From the NCBI RefSeq assembly GCF_002113885.1, contig NW_018405627.1:955869-1019868 (forward strand): DNA of 64,000 bases, read 5' to 3'. Shown here piece by piece: positions 1 to 12,238 of the stretch (the stretch's first letter is position 1; every line of letters starts with the position of its first letter). Below the pieces are notes generated by a model. The model saw only the letters and a list, made by a program, of their open reading frames with translations, searched no databases and was not told where the DNA came from. A program made the position numbers and the translations under genes. This DNA comes from Mizuhopecten yessoensis (lineage: Eukaryota).

Positions 1-244
1 AATTTTTCACTGTTTCTGACTTTTTGTCCAATTTCGGCTGTAGGGGGGGTGGAACAGTCAAAACTGTTTTTCTGGTCAAAGTGAACTGTTACTCGGCACG
101 AATTTGATGCGCAGAAATCCCCCCTCGAAAGCCCCGTTCAAGCGTTTCGATGACCGCACCTCAGTGTTGTTTAGGCAGATGAAGCAATGCAATGGCGAGT
201 CATCATTACATGTAGCATTGATACTGATATGTATTTGGTAATAA

Positions 245-388
245 AACAATTGTTTCAATGTTATTTGGGGGACAGTCCAAACTACCATCCCTCGGTAGGG
301 GGAAGCCCTATGGTACTGTTTGCCAGGGCTTCCCCCTACCTCGGGCTGATAGTTTCCACTGTTCCCCAAATAGCCATGAAACAATTGT
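245..388. mobile_element. Long terminal hairpin of a non-autonomous DNA element (element probably begins before the window)
   Basis: Imperfect inverted repeat aacaattgtttca...ggtagggggaagccct / agggcttccccctacc...tgaaacaattgt; similar architecture to the hairpin elements at 9.5-12.2 kb. Confidence 0.55.
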
Positions 389-694
389 ATACTGTATAAT
401 AGAACTCAGTAAATTATGAGAGATTTATTTTTTTTAAAAATATGTTCATCTTTTTTTTTCGGTTTCCCTTCATACTGTGTGGTATGGATTACTGCATCGG
501 CTTTAGTCCTGGACTAAAAGTAAGTTTTGTGCAAAACAAATCTCTCTCTCCACTTGAGACATCTGGAGCTACAACGTATATAGCTTGACAATGACATTTT
601 TTTTAATGAATGTCATATTGCCACAGTCGAAGCAACTACATTAATGTAATATGTTTTAAACAAGGACATCTTGTACTTTGCATGCTTAACCATG

Positions 695-1092
695 TGTAAC
701 AGGAAAGAGAGAAGTGATTCCACTGGGGATCAAATCCGTGATCCAAGACTTCCTATAGTCGGACGCGCTACCTGACTGCATGAGCTTACGGGAAATTCCC
801 TCTAGCGCAATTTAATGCTAGAAGGCTACCGTAATACTATGTACAATTAAAATCTGCCACACTACCTTTTTTTTAAATGTGTTTGCCCTTGCACACCACA
901 ACCCAGGTTGTAACTCCCTGTCACCCCAGGGAGGGCCAAGGACGCCATTTCTAACAAGAAAGAGAATAGTGTGATTCCGCTGGGGATCAAACCCGCAATC
1001 CCAGAGGCTCTACACCACTGAGCTAAAGGAATATTCCCTCTAGCGCGAAGCTAGAAGTGAACTGTAGTCTATGCACAATTGAATCAGCCACA
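695..1092 (-). mobile_element. Miniature LTR retrotransposon (TRIM) with tRNA-like sequence in each LTR
   Basis: Direct repeats 695-861 and 950-1092 with outer TG...CA termini. On the minus strand: PBS-like TGGCGTCC (940-947) after the 5' LTR and polypurine AAAAAAAGGTAG before the 3' LTR. Perfect CATG TSD (691-694, 1093-1096). A/B-box-like TAGCTCA...GGTTTGATCCC inside the LTRs. Confidence 0.8.
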
Positions 1093-1096
1093 CATG

Positions 1097-1519
1097 CGTA
1101 AAAGATGTGCATTGATTAGGTTGCCTTACAAGCGTCAGATGTAGGGAATTTCCCTTCAGCTCAGCAGTTGCTAGAATCGGGCTGGAGAGCCATTAAGGCT
1201 TGCGGGGTCGCAGGTTCAAGTGCAACGTACAGCACTTTCTTTATCACTATTCCACGGCCTACTAAAAATTGGTGACGTTGACCCTCCCTGTTCGAGGAAG
1301 GAGAACCCTTGGCGAGGATTCAAAGAACCCGGGCTGGTGATTGAAAAAGGGGGGAATAGTGTAAAAGATGTGCATTGATTGGTTTCCTTACAAGCATCAG
1401 CTGCAGGAAATTTCCCTTTAGCTCATGCAGCGGTAGAGCATCGGGTTTGAGAGCCAAAGGTCGCTGGTTCAAGCCCCTGCGAGAGCACTTTCTTTATCTT
1501 TATTCCTCGTCCTACTACA
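1097..1519 (+). mobile_element. Miniature LTR retrotransposon (TRIM) with tRNA-like sequence in each LTR
   Basis: LTRs 1097-1266 and 1360-1519 (tgtaaaagatgtgc...cctactaca); PBS-like TGGTGACG at 1270; PPT AAAAAGGGGGGAATAG ending 1359; flanks CATG/CAAG; LTR contains TAGCTCA..GGTAGAGC and GGTTCAAGCCC. Confidence 0.85.
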
Positions 1520-1529
1520 CAAGCATATA

Positions 1530-2788
1530 CAGTCGAATCTCGTTATCTCGAAGTCGACGGGGTCGTGGGAAAACTTCGAGTTATCCGAGTATTCCAGTTA
1601 TGCGGGTTCATAGATTTGGTATGATTTGCTGTTGGGACATAGCACTAGCAGTTGTTGGTTTTATTAATAGTTAATGCTTGTAATCAACTGATAAATGGTA
1701 TACGTAATCAATATAACAAAAACAGCTATGTAATTTTACAATAAACACGCTTACAAAAATAGAGTAAGTTATTTCAGAAAAACGTACTTTCGTTTTTAAA
1801 CGCGATCAAAACGGTTGGACCATTTTGTGAATTCGTTATTAAATATGGACAGGCCTAGTGATTAAATGTTGTTTTTGTCTGGTATAGATCTTGGCAAAGT
1901 CTTTCCAGGTCTGCATTTGTATTTGTAAGTCCGTCAAGTTTTACTTCGGAAGTGTTACATTTCAAACCGAACTATCCCGCTGTCTCTGATCTCGTAGTTT
2001 ACAATGCGGAAATGAAAGTGCGCAAGTCTTAAACAAATCACTGTAATGGAGCGTACGCATAGTTGATTCTGTAAATGAAAACACACAAACAAATTATATC
2101 GTACATGTGACACATTGATTCATTAAAGCCAAATATGACACCTGACACCTCCTCAACTCGATGTAATCAACAGCAATTATCGTTTTGTTCTTAAATCTCT
2201 CGATCGACTTTCAAAGCCATACTGGCTCCTGTAAAAACATGAACCCGTAAAGCTGACCTAGGTTGTGATTTTAACTGTGGAACTCTTTTATGCATGACCA
2301 CGCTTTGTGACCAATTTTCCGGTTTGCACTGTCGTCTGTTTAGGTGTACAAATCATTAAACAGACTCTCAGTAAGTACAGATTACTGTTGATCAACATTG
2401 ATGCAGTTTGTTTTTTATTATGAATAACATGGTTTTGACAGTCCGTAAACTTTACAGTCCTAAGCTTTATCGTAAATTCTTTTTTACTGATTTCATGCTA
2501 GTCTACTTACGAAAGATGTTTATAAACACGGAATGGCGAAATGTCGTACTTTTGCGCTTTCTTTGTATCAAAGAATTAACAAGTGACAAAATGAAATTTG
2601 AATATTATGTTGGATTAACGCTATTGAAACCAATATTTTACTTCGAGGTATCCGAGTTTTTCGACTTTTCAGGGTTCGAATTATCAGAGTTTTATTTACT
2701 AAGATAAAGAAAAGATTTGGTCGGGACCGGAGAAATACTGCGAGATAAACGGGGTCTTCGAGTTAAAAGAGTTCGAGATAACGAGGTT
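1530..2788. mobile_element. Tc1/mariner (Tigger/pogo-type) non-autonomous element; right TIR interrupted by the next insertion
   Basis: TA|CAGTCGAATCTCGTTATCTCGAA left end; complementary TTCGAGATAACGAGGTT at 2772-2788; subterminal TTCGAG repeats. Confidence 0.7.
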
Positions 2789-3783
2789 ACCCTTACCTAC
2801 AAATTACGCATTGAATGCGTAATTCCACAGTATTTCCGCATATTCTCCGCATTCTGAATTCCACACTTTTTCCGCAAGTGCAGAGTATTCGAAATTCCAC
2901 AAATACGTAAAAAATGCGTAAAAAATGGAAAACTGAAATTTACGCACTTGCGTAGAAAATGCGTAAAAAAAATCCACAAATTTTCCACATTGTAAATTCC
3001 ACACTTTTTCCGCAAATGCAGAGTATTCGGAATTCCACAAATACGTAAAAAATGCGTAAAAAATGGAAAACTGAAATTTACGCACTTGCGTAGAAAATGC
3101 GTAAAAAAAATCCACAAATTTTCCACATTGTAAATTCCACACTTTTTCCGCAAATGCAGAGTATTCGGAATTCCACAAATACGTAAAAAATGCGTAAAAA
3201 ATGGAAAACTGAAATTTACGCACTTGCGTAGAAAATGCGTAAAAAAAATCCACAAATTTTCCACATTGTAAATTCCACACTTTTTCCGCAAATGCAGAGT
3301 ATTCGGAATTCCACAAATACGTAAAAAATGCGTAAAAAATGGAAAACTGAAATTTACGCACTTGCGTAGAAAATGCGTAAAAAAAAACCACAAATTTTCC
3401 ACATTGTAAATTCCACACTTTTTCCGCAAATGCAGAGTATTCGGAATTCCACAAATACGTAAAAAATGCGTAAAAAATGGAAAACTGAAATTTACGCACT
3501 TGCGTAGAAAATGCGTAAAAAATGAAATACTGAAATTTACGCACTTGCGTAGAAAATGTGTAAAAAAATCCACAAATTTTCCACATTGTAAATTACACAC
3601 TTTTTCCACAAATATGTAAAAAAATGTGTAAAAATTGAAAACCTTTTGTAGCGTAAAAAAAAATCCACATATTTTTCGATTTGTGGCCCAGTGAAATGGA
3701 AGAAAAAAAAATTCCTTGACATCTCGCCTCTGTTGCCTGTTTTTTGGAGTCTGAGATTTTCAAGATTAGTCACCAGGTAGGGT
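2789..3783. mobile_element. Non-autonomous DNA element with ACCCT(T)ACCT...AGGTAGGGT ends carrying the 138-bp array (possibly CACTA/EnSpm-like)
   Basis: Short terminal inverted repeats bracket the tandem array and split the Tigger-like TIR; superfamily assignment is an inference. Confidence 0.5.
2800..3680. repeat. 138-bp tandem repeat (about 5 near-identical copies plus degenerate ends)
   Basis: tacgcacttg recurs at 2941, 3079, 3217, 3355, 3493 (period 138); the unit is built from tgcgtaaaaaa and ttccac/ttccgc sub-motifs. Confidence 0.95.
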
Positions 3784-3829
3784 CAACAGAAGTAAAAAAA
3801 AAAACATTTGTAGGACTGCAGGACATTAT

Positions 3830-4200
3830 GAGTGCATATTCTTTATATCCTTCTTTAATATTAATATTTGGCCAGGGTATTTTGCTCTTCTAATAGCAGA
3901 TGGTAAGCTATTGCACAACATGGTCAAAACCCTCCCAAAGCACTGCTTTCTTTAGGTCACAGTACAAGAGTTTGGGAACACAACAATGCTTTTGTCTTAG
4001 ACTGGAGTGATCGTGACAGCTGATACAGGGTTAAACAAGCTCCTGTAGGTACTTAGGAGCTGTTCCACGAACAGTGCCTTGTATGTGTACACCAATTTTT
4101 TGTACTATATTTCAAGGGAGGGATCCAATGCTGTTTCTTGTTTAGGTTAGGTTGGTTCCGTTTATCCCTTGCCTGGATACCACCAGGTATGCAGGGCGAT
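3830..4200 (-). mobile_element. Highly degenerate L2-clade LINE ORF2 C-terminal remnant
   Basis: Frameshifted minus-strand translation gives HW.P, VYTYKAL, GTAPKYLQEL, SRSLQS, LCNSLPSAIRRA, collinear with the L2 ORF2 C-terminus. Confidence 0.6.
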
Positions 4201-5341
4201 TGAAGAATAGGAAAAAAAGAATTATATAAGTCAATTGCAACAAGTTCAGGATAAGTTGGGTTTTATGTATTTGGAAACATCTACCGGTTTCTCCAGAACA
4301 GTGAATTTTGACAAAATTTGTTCCCTTATTAGTACTAAAAATCAGGGGGAAACTTTGTATTTTTATCTGTGACATCATACAACCATTAATCATTTTACAG
4401 TTGGTGAATACATTGCTAGGTAACCAATGTATTCAACCACAGCAAAATGTTTAATTTTTAAACATGTAACATAAAGATAACCATGATGGACGAAGGGAAG
4501 GTGATACAATTTATATTGGAGTGACCGTTTACGGATAATCATGTGATATCTAATGTATGATCATCATGACATCACAGATAACAATGCATGCTCTCGGACA
4601 GCACTCAAGTAGTGGCTTAAAGTATAATTCGCTTGGTGATGGGTTCTAGATCTATGGACAGAAGGCTCATAAGCTCACGTGTAGAGCGCAGAAATGTTGG
4701 AATAAACTTTGGAGTATGTTCACTATGTTGGTAGCGAGGCCGCCACATCATGATTGGTAGACGCATCACAATAAGAGTATTCTTGTAATTAAAAATTTAA
4801 GTAGGGACAGTTAGGATTTATGTAAGGTAGTCAAAATCCACTTTGGCCACCATGTGTCTTGTTGTTTATGTTTTCTATTTCGTGTAATGAATATTTTGAT
4901 ATTTTTGTGTCTAATTTTCATTGTCACCAGTTGTCTATGTATACTTTATAATTTCAAATTTGTTACCACTGCAATCAGAAAGCGAAAGCCGCAATTTATG
5001 TTACCCTTCAGCTTGTAAACATGTAATTTGTGTTGGGTGACAATAGTGATGGTGCAACACACTGGTCACCTGGTGAAATTAATTACAATAGCCCCTAGAC
5101 TTCACTCACTCTGCTTCAATTAAAAAAAAAATGAAATCTGACAACTTTGAAAAGCCTAAATTCAATACGACCAATAGTTGACACTACAACAATAAATTTA
5201 TTTGAAGTCCTTGGTACTTTTTTTGGAAGATTTGTGGGGAGGGGGGCTTGGTAATATGATGATCAAGTGAAAATGAGCAGTGTTATTTTTTTTCTTCAAA
5301 TAATCTGACAATGTTACTGGAAGTTGGAACTTATTGTAATT

Positions 5342-5512
5342 CACAGGCATTTATTATTATTATTATATTTTTTTTAATAAAAATAGTCCCTACACAAAAG
5401 ATCACACCCTACTCTTACAAAAAATACATTGGTTCTTTTTTCAAGAGTAAGGGTGTGATTTTTTTTGTCAGGACTATTTTTATTGACAGAAACATTTGAT
5501 TTAATGCCTGTG
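5342..5512. mobile_element. MITE with 8-bp TSD (hAT/P-like)
   Basis: TIR CACAGGCATT/AATGCCTGTG, palindromic interior, TSD TTGTAATT at 5334-5341 and 5513-5520. Confidence 0.8.
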
Positions 5513-6545
5513 TTGTAATTCCACAAATTAAAATTTAAAGAGCAGGCAATAAGTTACAGGTTCAATATATTAAAATACAGAAAATAAAATCACAAACACA
5601 TTTTTTATCTGATGGCTTGTTATTTGACTTTATTTGTAATGCAATATTTATGCTTGATCCATGAATAATAAATTGTAATTAAAGTATTTAAAATGAATCA
5701 TTATATATATATGAACTCTGAATTTAAACCCAGGCAGTGCAATTGTACATTTGGGATTTTTTTTATCAAGCAGACTGTCAATTTGCTAATCTGAACTTTT
5801 CATATATACAAATGTTTCATATACAATACAAAATTTGGTAAATCAGTTTGTAGGAATAGTTACGTGAATTTATTTTATGAATTTGTAAAACGAATTGAAC
5901 GTAGCAATTACGATCTGACGACCAACAACGAAAGCTGTGATCGAAAAATGCCCCTGTCTCCGTAAATTTGACTCTCATTGGGCTTTTATTTATCTGACAT
6001 TGCTCTTACCATCACTAGGAAGGAGATAACGAATCCTCCGTTTGATGTAATGACCGGCAGACCTTCATCCACAGGGGTTCATTACAATTTAATACAAATG
6101 TCCAGAATACACATATGCTACACTGATATGGATCACAGCACACATAAACATACATATCAGTATAGCATATGTGTATTTCAAACATTTGCGATATGATGTG
6201 CAGATAACCGATCATGAGGTGACTTGAAGTTCGTGAACGCTGTCGGCTGTCAACACACAAATCCGATTTGTAAAAGAGCGCGAAAAGTTTGGTTGTCGTC
6301 AGGGTCAATAAGGCGTTTTGAAGGAAAGCCCTTTGATATGGTTAGAAACGTTTTAATGACCAAGATCCATAATATTTACTTCCGGTTGTAATCGGTGTTT
6401 TGAGAAGAGTTTGTGTGGGTTTTCAAGATACATTTGAGAAGACAATCGACACTCACCGGGATAAAAAGCCAGCGTACAGTGTATACAATTTTTAACAGCT
6501 GTACAATTCTTACCAAACGTTCCACGCCCTTCTTTCTGATAAGGT

Positions 6546-8018
6546 TTATATGATTGAAGAATCATGCCAGGACAAACCGCAAGGACTCACAATTAAAATT
6601 ATATCATCATGATCATGATTGCACCATGGATGACAGTCTGGTAAGCGTTTTTGACTGACACAGCCCTTAAAAGAAAAAGGGTCAATCAGACATGATAATT
6701 TCAATTTCTCCTGGAACTCGACAAGGTTAACTAGATCGCGTTGGGTTACAAAACGAGCGAACGTCTTTATATTTTTAAACAAGAATTGTTTCCGTTCAGG
6801 AACAGAGGAACAATTTCCACATTGATTTTCGAATGACAATCTTTCTATATGTTACACTCCACAGATACCAAAATGGCTTGAATGCAAAATGTTTTCATTG
6901 ATTTAATTAGGGGTGTGCAATAATATTGCAGCACTGATATATTAAAATATTTATCTAGCAGTACATATATCGCAATATCATTTTTAGATGGTAATAAGAT
7001 TGTAACATCATTTTTAAATGTTTCAATTAATTGTTTGGGGGTTTTAGCAAAGTGATGTTATTGAATATTTTTATGTTAATTCCATAATTTGTCCTTTACA
7101 TGCATCTCAAACTACATGTATCTCAAACCAGATGAACTACATATTTTTCAGAGAGAATGCAGTTATCCCAACAAAGTGGATGAAAGAACTTCTTGTATTC
7201 ATGCATATGGACTTCAGTAAAGGCTGTAAAGATGTTTCAAGTTTTCCAAATGTAATCAAAAAGGATTGAGCATCTAATGCTGACTAATTAGGCCAGTATT
7301 GGTCTCGTACAACTGAAACATCACTTTTAGGTTGATATTATACTGTCACTTTCATGTCTATTGTTGTAATGTAATTATTAGGCTACTCTCTGAAAACAGA
7401 GTGACATGCAGATTTATCCCCAGGGTATAGGTTGTACTTAGTTACAATGCAGTTTAAATTTTAAAAAACATAGACCTTCTGACACCAGAATTAACATGAT
7501 GTTGTGGTGTTTATTATGTAGTGTTTCCTTATTTTAGGAGGGATGGTGGAAGTCTAACCAATCTCACTGAACAAATGCTACATATACCATGATGTGTACA
7601 GTGTCAGATATTCTAGACTATTATAATTATACTGACCAAATTGGGCCTTTTAGGACTTTCACAACTAAATCATTTACTATATGTTATTACCAAACATTTT
7701 AGCTAATAACTTTAATATTTGAAGTTCAAAACAAGTGACAATTAACCTGAATTAGCCGGAACTTATTTTAGATTGGAACTACAAACATATGAAACACTTG
7801 CTGATTGAGTAATTTAGTTGTGCGAGTCCTTTTAAAAAGTCAATCAATGTCTTATACATTCATAAAAACATACCTTGCAAAGGCTACAAAATGACTTTTT
7901 GGTAGGTTTAGTGGCATATTGGAGTGTCACAGCGTCGGGAAGTTGACAACTGGATGTTTACAAGCAAACCCCGTGACCCAAAACAGAAACGCCCCCAGAC
8001 ATTTTGCCCTGTGCAAAT
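6546..8018 (-). other. Candidate downstream exons of the 8.7-kb gene (Cys/His-rich, possibly disrupted)
   Basis: AG/GT-bounded segments 7874-8018 (…TLQYATKPTKKSFCSLCK|GTATGT, with an in-frame TAA at 7958-7960) and about 7129-7223 (…YKKFFHPLCWDNC…), plus the 97-codon ORF 6546-6839; phases not fully reconciled. Confidence 0.35.
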
Positions 8019-8419
8019 CTGCATACAGACAGACATGGAAATATATCAAAAGTATATATTTTTCAAAAGTTAAATACCTGAACATTTCATTTATCTAAAA
8101 ATCTGTCATCAGTTCCTTATTAAACTCCTTCAGTGGCCGAATGATTAGCCGGATTAACTACATAAACTTATAAACAAATTGACTGTATTTAACTAATTTA
8201 TAAGATTAAACTGAAATTTAAGCTAAATCAAAGCTACAGTAACTTCCTCCTTCTGATTTTCAGAGCCTTTCACTGTAACGCCTTATAAATATTGAAGGGC
8301 AGAGAAGACTTTTTCAAATTCAAAGTTGACACAGTGCATGTTTGTGTACATGATGTGATGTGCATGGTCTATAGTGTAGTCATGTACTGTCTTATAGAAA
8401 CGAACTTTAAATTTCTTAC

Positions 8420-8777
8420 CTTTCAGATACGCCTCCAATAATCTGAATGCTGCAGCTTCGCACTCATGTTCACGTTTTATCCTTTTGGGGCAATTATCTT
8501 GGTCACTATCCTGTCTTCTCTTAATGTTTATAAGTTTATGTAGTTTCTCGACATCCCAAACATGCTTGAACTTAAACAGATTAGTTCGCTGACTCGGATA
8601 ATCGTATAATGCGCTCAGATTTTCTTGGGTTATTACGACAGCTGCAGAGAATGGGTCACCTCCGATTGGATTGCAAAATACTATCCGTAATGTCATAGTT
8701 TCGATAGATTCGGCATTTTTTTCTAAAAGTTCTTGTAGTGCTTGCTCAGCGTCAATCTCCCCATCATTTGACGCCAT
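8420..8777 (-). CDS. First coding exon of an uncharacterised gene
   Basis: ATG in aatATGGCG context; protein-like MASNDGEIDAEQALQELLEKN…LLEAYLK; strong donor AAAG|GTAAGA at 8420/8419. Confidence 0.55.
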
Positions 8778-9529
8778 ATTGCTTCACTGAAACGAAACCG
8801 AAACGAATCCGCGATCGGCAAAGCTAAATCTAGGAACGAAATGGAAACGAAACGGAAAACGACCACAGTTATTTAATATCACTTTCAATCATGTCTCGGT
8901 AGGTCAAAAATGCAAGTTGTTAAAAGCTATAACATATATAAATGAGACAAATAAAAGGATTTTAAAAATATAATGAACCAATCCGTACATTTAACGAACC
9001 ATCATTAGCTGCTTCAAGTTTAGCTGTGATTCCCTCCCTTTGCCCATTCCTTCAAAGAGAAGGAGAGAAAAAACTGTGACAATAGAAGTTTTTAATCCAG
9101 AAGTCGCCGGTTCAAGCCTAGTGCAGTGCGTCTTTCTTACGTTAACCAATTAAAAAATGCATTTAAGTTAAAATATGACTTTTTCTCTCACTTTAATTTA
9201 TGTCTCGGGACAAACATATCGAATTTGCAGTTTTCAAAATTGCATTTGAAAAAATTGAATATTCTGGTAATTTCAATTCATTTCTTAATTCCCGTTTCAC
9301 ATTTTAAAATGAAGGAGGGAAACCAAATAGATAGATCTTACTGTATCACAACACCACATCATTTTTATGGACAATTTTAAAATCCTAATTCAACGTAATT
9401 CATATATTTTACCTATTATATAACGCCATCATATGAAACATATTTTTTCCATGTAAACAATCGTGTGTATGGGTCAAAGCAGAGACATCCCTGGTCAGGG
9501 TGACGTGTTAATTTGTTTTATCACGAAGA

Positions 9530-9998
9530 TATATTTCTCCCTCAATCATTATAGGTTTCCTCACTCCCGATTCATTAGATAAACCTGCTCGGAGTTGGTA
9601 ATTATTTTTCGTTACCCACTAGAGGTAACACCATGAACGTGATTTCATTGGTCAATTTTTACTTATGACGTCACGTACATGTAACAATGCTTTGCGTCGT
9701 CATTTGACATTGTGACGTCATGATTCACGGCAATTGTTCCCCCCATCGGAAGCCTACATAGTGTATTTTCAAAAAGAATCATATGGCTTGCCAGACAAAA
9801 TAAGAACGTTATGGGTAAAACAAGATCCCAAACCCGTGATGGTAGGTTATTTATCATGTTTAGCAAACTCTCGTTAGTTAATTTTAATATTGTAAAAGAC
9901 ACTCGGTAAACCTCGTGTCTTTATACAATTTGAAAATTAACTTACTGGAGTAAGATAAACATGATAACCAACCATCACTCGTTGAGGAACTTCTATAT
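9530..9998 (+). mobile_element. Non-autonomous element with long terminal hairpin (Crypton-like architecture, uncertain)
   Basis: Stem about 9836-9978 centred on CTCGGTAAACCTCG (9902-9915); TGACGTCA-rich interior. Confidence 0.5.
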
Positions 9999-10257
9999 AT
10001 CAGGTAAAATTAGTATAACACTAACGTGGTGCACAACAATTTATTGATATTTCTTAAAGTTATATCATAAATATTTTGAAAAGATTACCTCTTGTTAATC
10101 TTCTTTTTAGTCCTTTTTTCTTTCCCCATCCTCTCTTTTTTGGTATAATGACGGTTCTCAGTGCGTGTGCATTTTGACTATTTTTTACATTACATTGCTG
10201 TTTTTATGTGCTACTTGTAAATGTAAATGTCATATAATGTTTTTCCATGTTGTGGTA

Positions 10258-10443
10258 TTCCGTCTTTGCGTATTGCAGAGTTATCTTCTCTTGTGAGCTG
10301 GTATTGATTGTTACGTCATTGGTTTGTGTGAGAAAATTACGTCGTTTTCTCAAAAATTGATGACGTTACTCTCACAAACAAGTGACGTAACAATCAATAC
10401 CTGCTCCCAAGAGAAGATTACTCTGCAATACGCAAAGACGGAA
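10258..10443. mobile_element. Palindromic MITE, copy 1 of 3
   Basis: About 65-bp TIRs ttccgtctttgcgtattgcagagttatcttctcttg…; near-identical copies at 14145 and 33855. Confidence 0.9.
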
Positions 10444-10740
10444 TTGTAATGTTGGCCAAATGTGGACCCTCAATCAATGTTCTGGTTGGTAAATAGAAGT
10501 GGATGTACAATCAATGTGATTCGACCATTTTGTCGATATAACCACGGGCTTAACTAATTTGCAAATAGTGTCGCGTTATTCCCGTGAGGGGACCTTGTAT
10601 TATATTATTGCTATTTTCGTAAGTGTCGGTTGATCAACACACACGTTAGCTAATTGTTATAGTAATAATGAATAAAAACGTCGTTTATTTTGTCATGTGC
10701 CAATGACGTGTTTACACACAAAAAAATGGAATAAGATTAA

Positions 10741-11220
10741 TTATTCAAACCCAAGGGATACAATATTGTTTAAACATATTTTATTGCCAAAAAATGCAAG
10801 AGGATTGGGCACAAGTTAAATGAACATACAATATTGAGCAGGATACAGAGGCTTTGCCGAGGATATTTTGCTCAATATTTTATCCCGAGGGTTTGAATAA
10901 CCTTATCCTTACCTCATATCAGGGATGGATTATATTTCTTGCTTATTACTTAAAACCCATAAAAACAGCTGCGCTTCTAGTTGTAACCTGTCCGCACATT
11001 TCTCGTTTGCATATGAAGCCCGGATGGCAATTGTTAGTGACGTCAATGACCCTGACTGACCCCAAAACGTCATAATATGACGTCACGAACAATAGCGTGA
11101 ACCCGAAAGGTCACTATAATTCCCAAGACAGTCTGCGCGTATAAGCAATCTAGACCCGTTGGTCGGATAGAATTTTCCATCACCGCCGGAAATGCGGATA
11201 TCTCGGTCTAGTATTTAAGA
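10741..11220 (-). mobile_element. Hairpin-ended non-autonomous element
   Basis: Inverted repeat centred on gaggctttgccgag (reverse complement CTCGGCAAAGCCTC) at 10848-10861. Confidence 0.45.
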
Positions 11221-11224
11221 ATAA

Positions 11225-11620
11225 TAGAATCCATACCTCACAACAGGGATAGATTCTATAAGTCTTACCCTAGGGTATAGACGGAAAATTTCCCCTGCCA
11301 TAGCATTTGTATGACGTCACGTTAACAATGCATTGACGTCGTGTCTACAATGCAAAAACGTCACGTCAACCATAGCAGCTCACAGAAGAAAACTCCAATT
11401 TGCAGGAAATTATGAAACCAACGTTTTAAATTTCATGAAAGTATCACTTCTGTTTGATTTGGGAGAAAATTATCATTTCCCACGTAACAATCTCAACCCT
11501 CGGAGTAAGATTCTAAAATGTCTTGCCCTCGGTAAAGCCTCGCACTACATATTTAAGAATCTTACCCCTTGGGTTGAGATTTTCCTGTCCTTCCCCCAGA
11601 GCGTAGACAAAATATTATTA
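11225..11620 (+). mobile_element. Hairpin-ended non-autonomous element
   Basis: Stem gtaagattct…agaatcttac centred on CTCGGTAAAGCCTCG (11528-11542). Confidence 0.5.
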
Positions 11621-11684
11621 TTCTATAAAAGTTCATTTGTCATTAGTATACCTCTACTTATTTTACACTATACAAAAGTAACCA

Positions 11685-12238
11685 CATAAACAAGCTATTT
11701 CCCCTCTAACTGCATGCCAGGGAAATAGTTCGTCTGGAGGTGTGCAATAGTTTTGAAACTATTTCCCTCGGAAAATGCGGGAAATTGAGTGACGTGGTGG
11801 GCGGGGCCTGACCGAATATTGACCAATCAGCGCAATCGAATTATGTCGGCAATTTCCGGCAAATTCAGAATTCGCATTTATGTTAATGCTAATTTTCAAG
11901 CAAAATCTGTGATTAATTCTTTATTGTACAAGTGATATCCTTTATTTCATATTATTGCAAATACTGTTTTTTTCTGAAGTTGATTCTCAAGAAAATTTTA
12001 GTTTTGTTAATAAAGTGTCCCAACTGTTAATAATTTGTTGTCTAATAATATTTAGAATATTGTAAGGGAGTGTTTGTATCGGTATAATAAAACAGTTGAA
12101 GCATGGGTATTTCGGGATATAGCAAGTTTATGATCCCCCTTGTCCAGGACTATTTCCCTCGGCTTCGCCTCGGAAAATAGTCCTGGCCTCGGGGGATCAT
12201 AAACTTGCTATATCCCTCATATCCATACTTTAACTGTT
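11685..12238 (+). mobile_element. Hairpin-ended non-autonomous element
   Basis: Long stem 12091-12238 centred on CTCGGCTTCGCCTCG (12158-12172). Confidence 0.6.

Noticed and set aside
1410-1485. Functional tRNA genes here and at 15050, 19605, 25440 and 38670
   Set aside because: tRNA-like heads are embedded in LTRs or SINEs and their cloverleaves are degenerate
2797-3609. 270-aa and 260-aa ORFs, or a CRISPR-like array
   Set aside because: Artefacts of a 138-bp (46-codon) tandem repeat lacking stops; no unique spacers and the context is eukaryotic
4480-4860. Possible retroelement remnant
   Set aside because: Coding-like composition but no recognisable motif by eye
7874-8018. Selenocysteine or readthrough TGA in an alternative frame of this exon-like segment
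   Set aside because: No SECIS or selenoprotein similarity seen, and another frame gives a more protein-like CxxC motif
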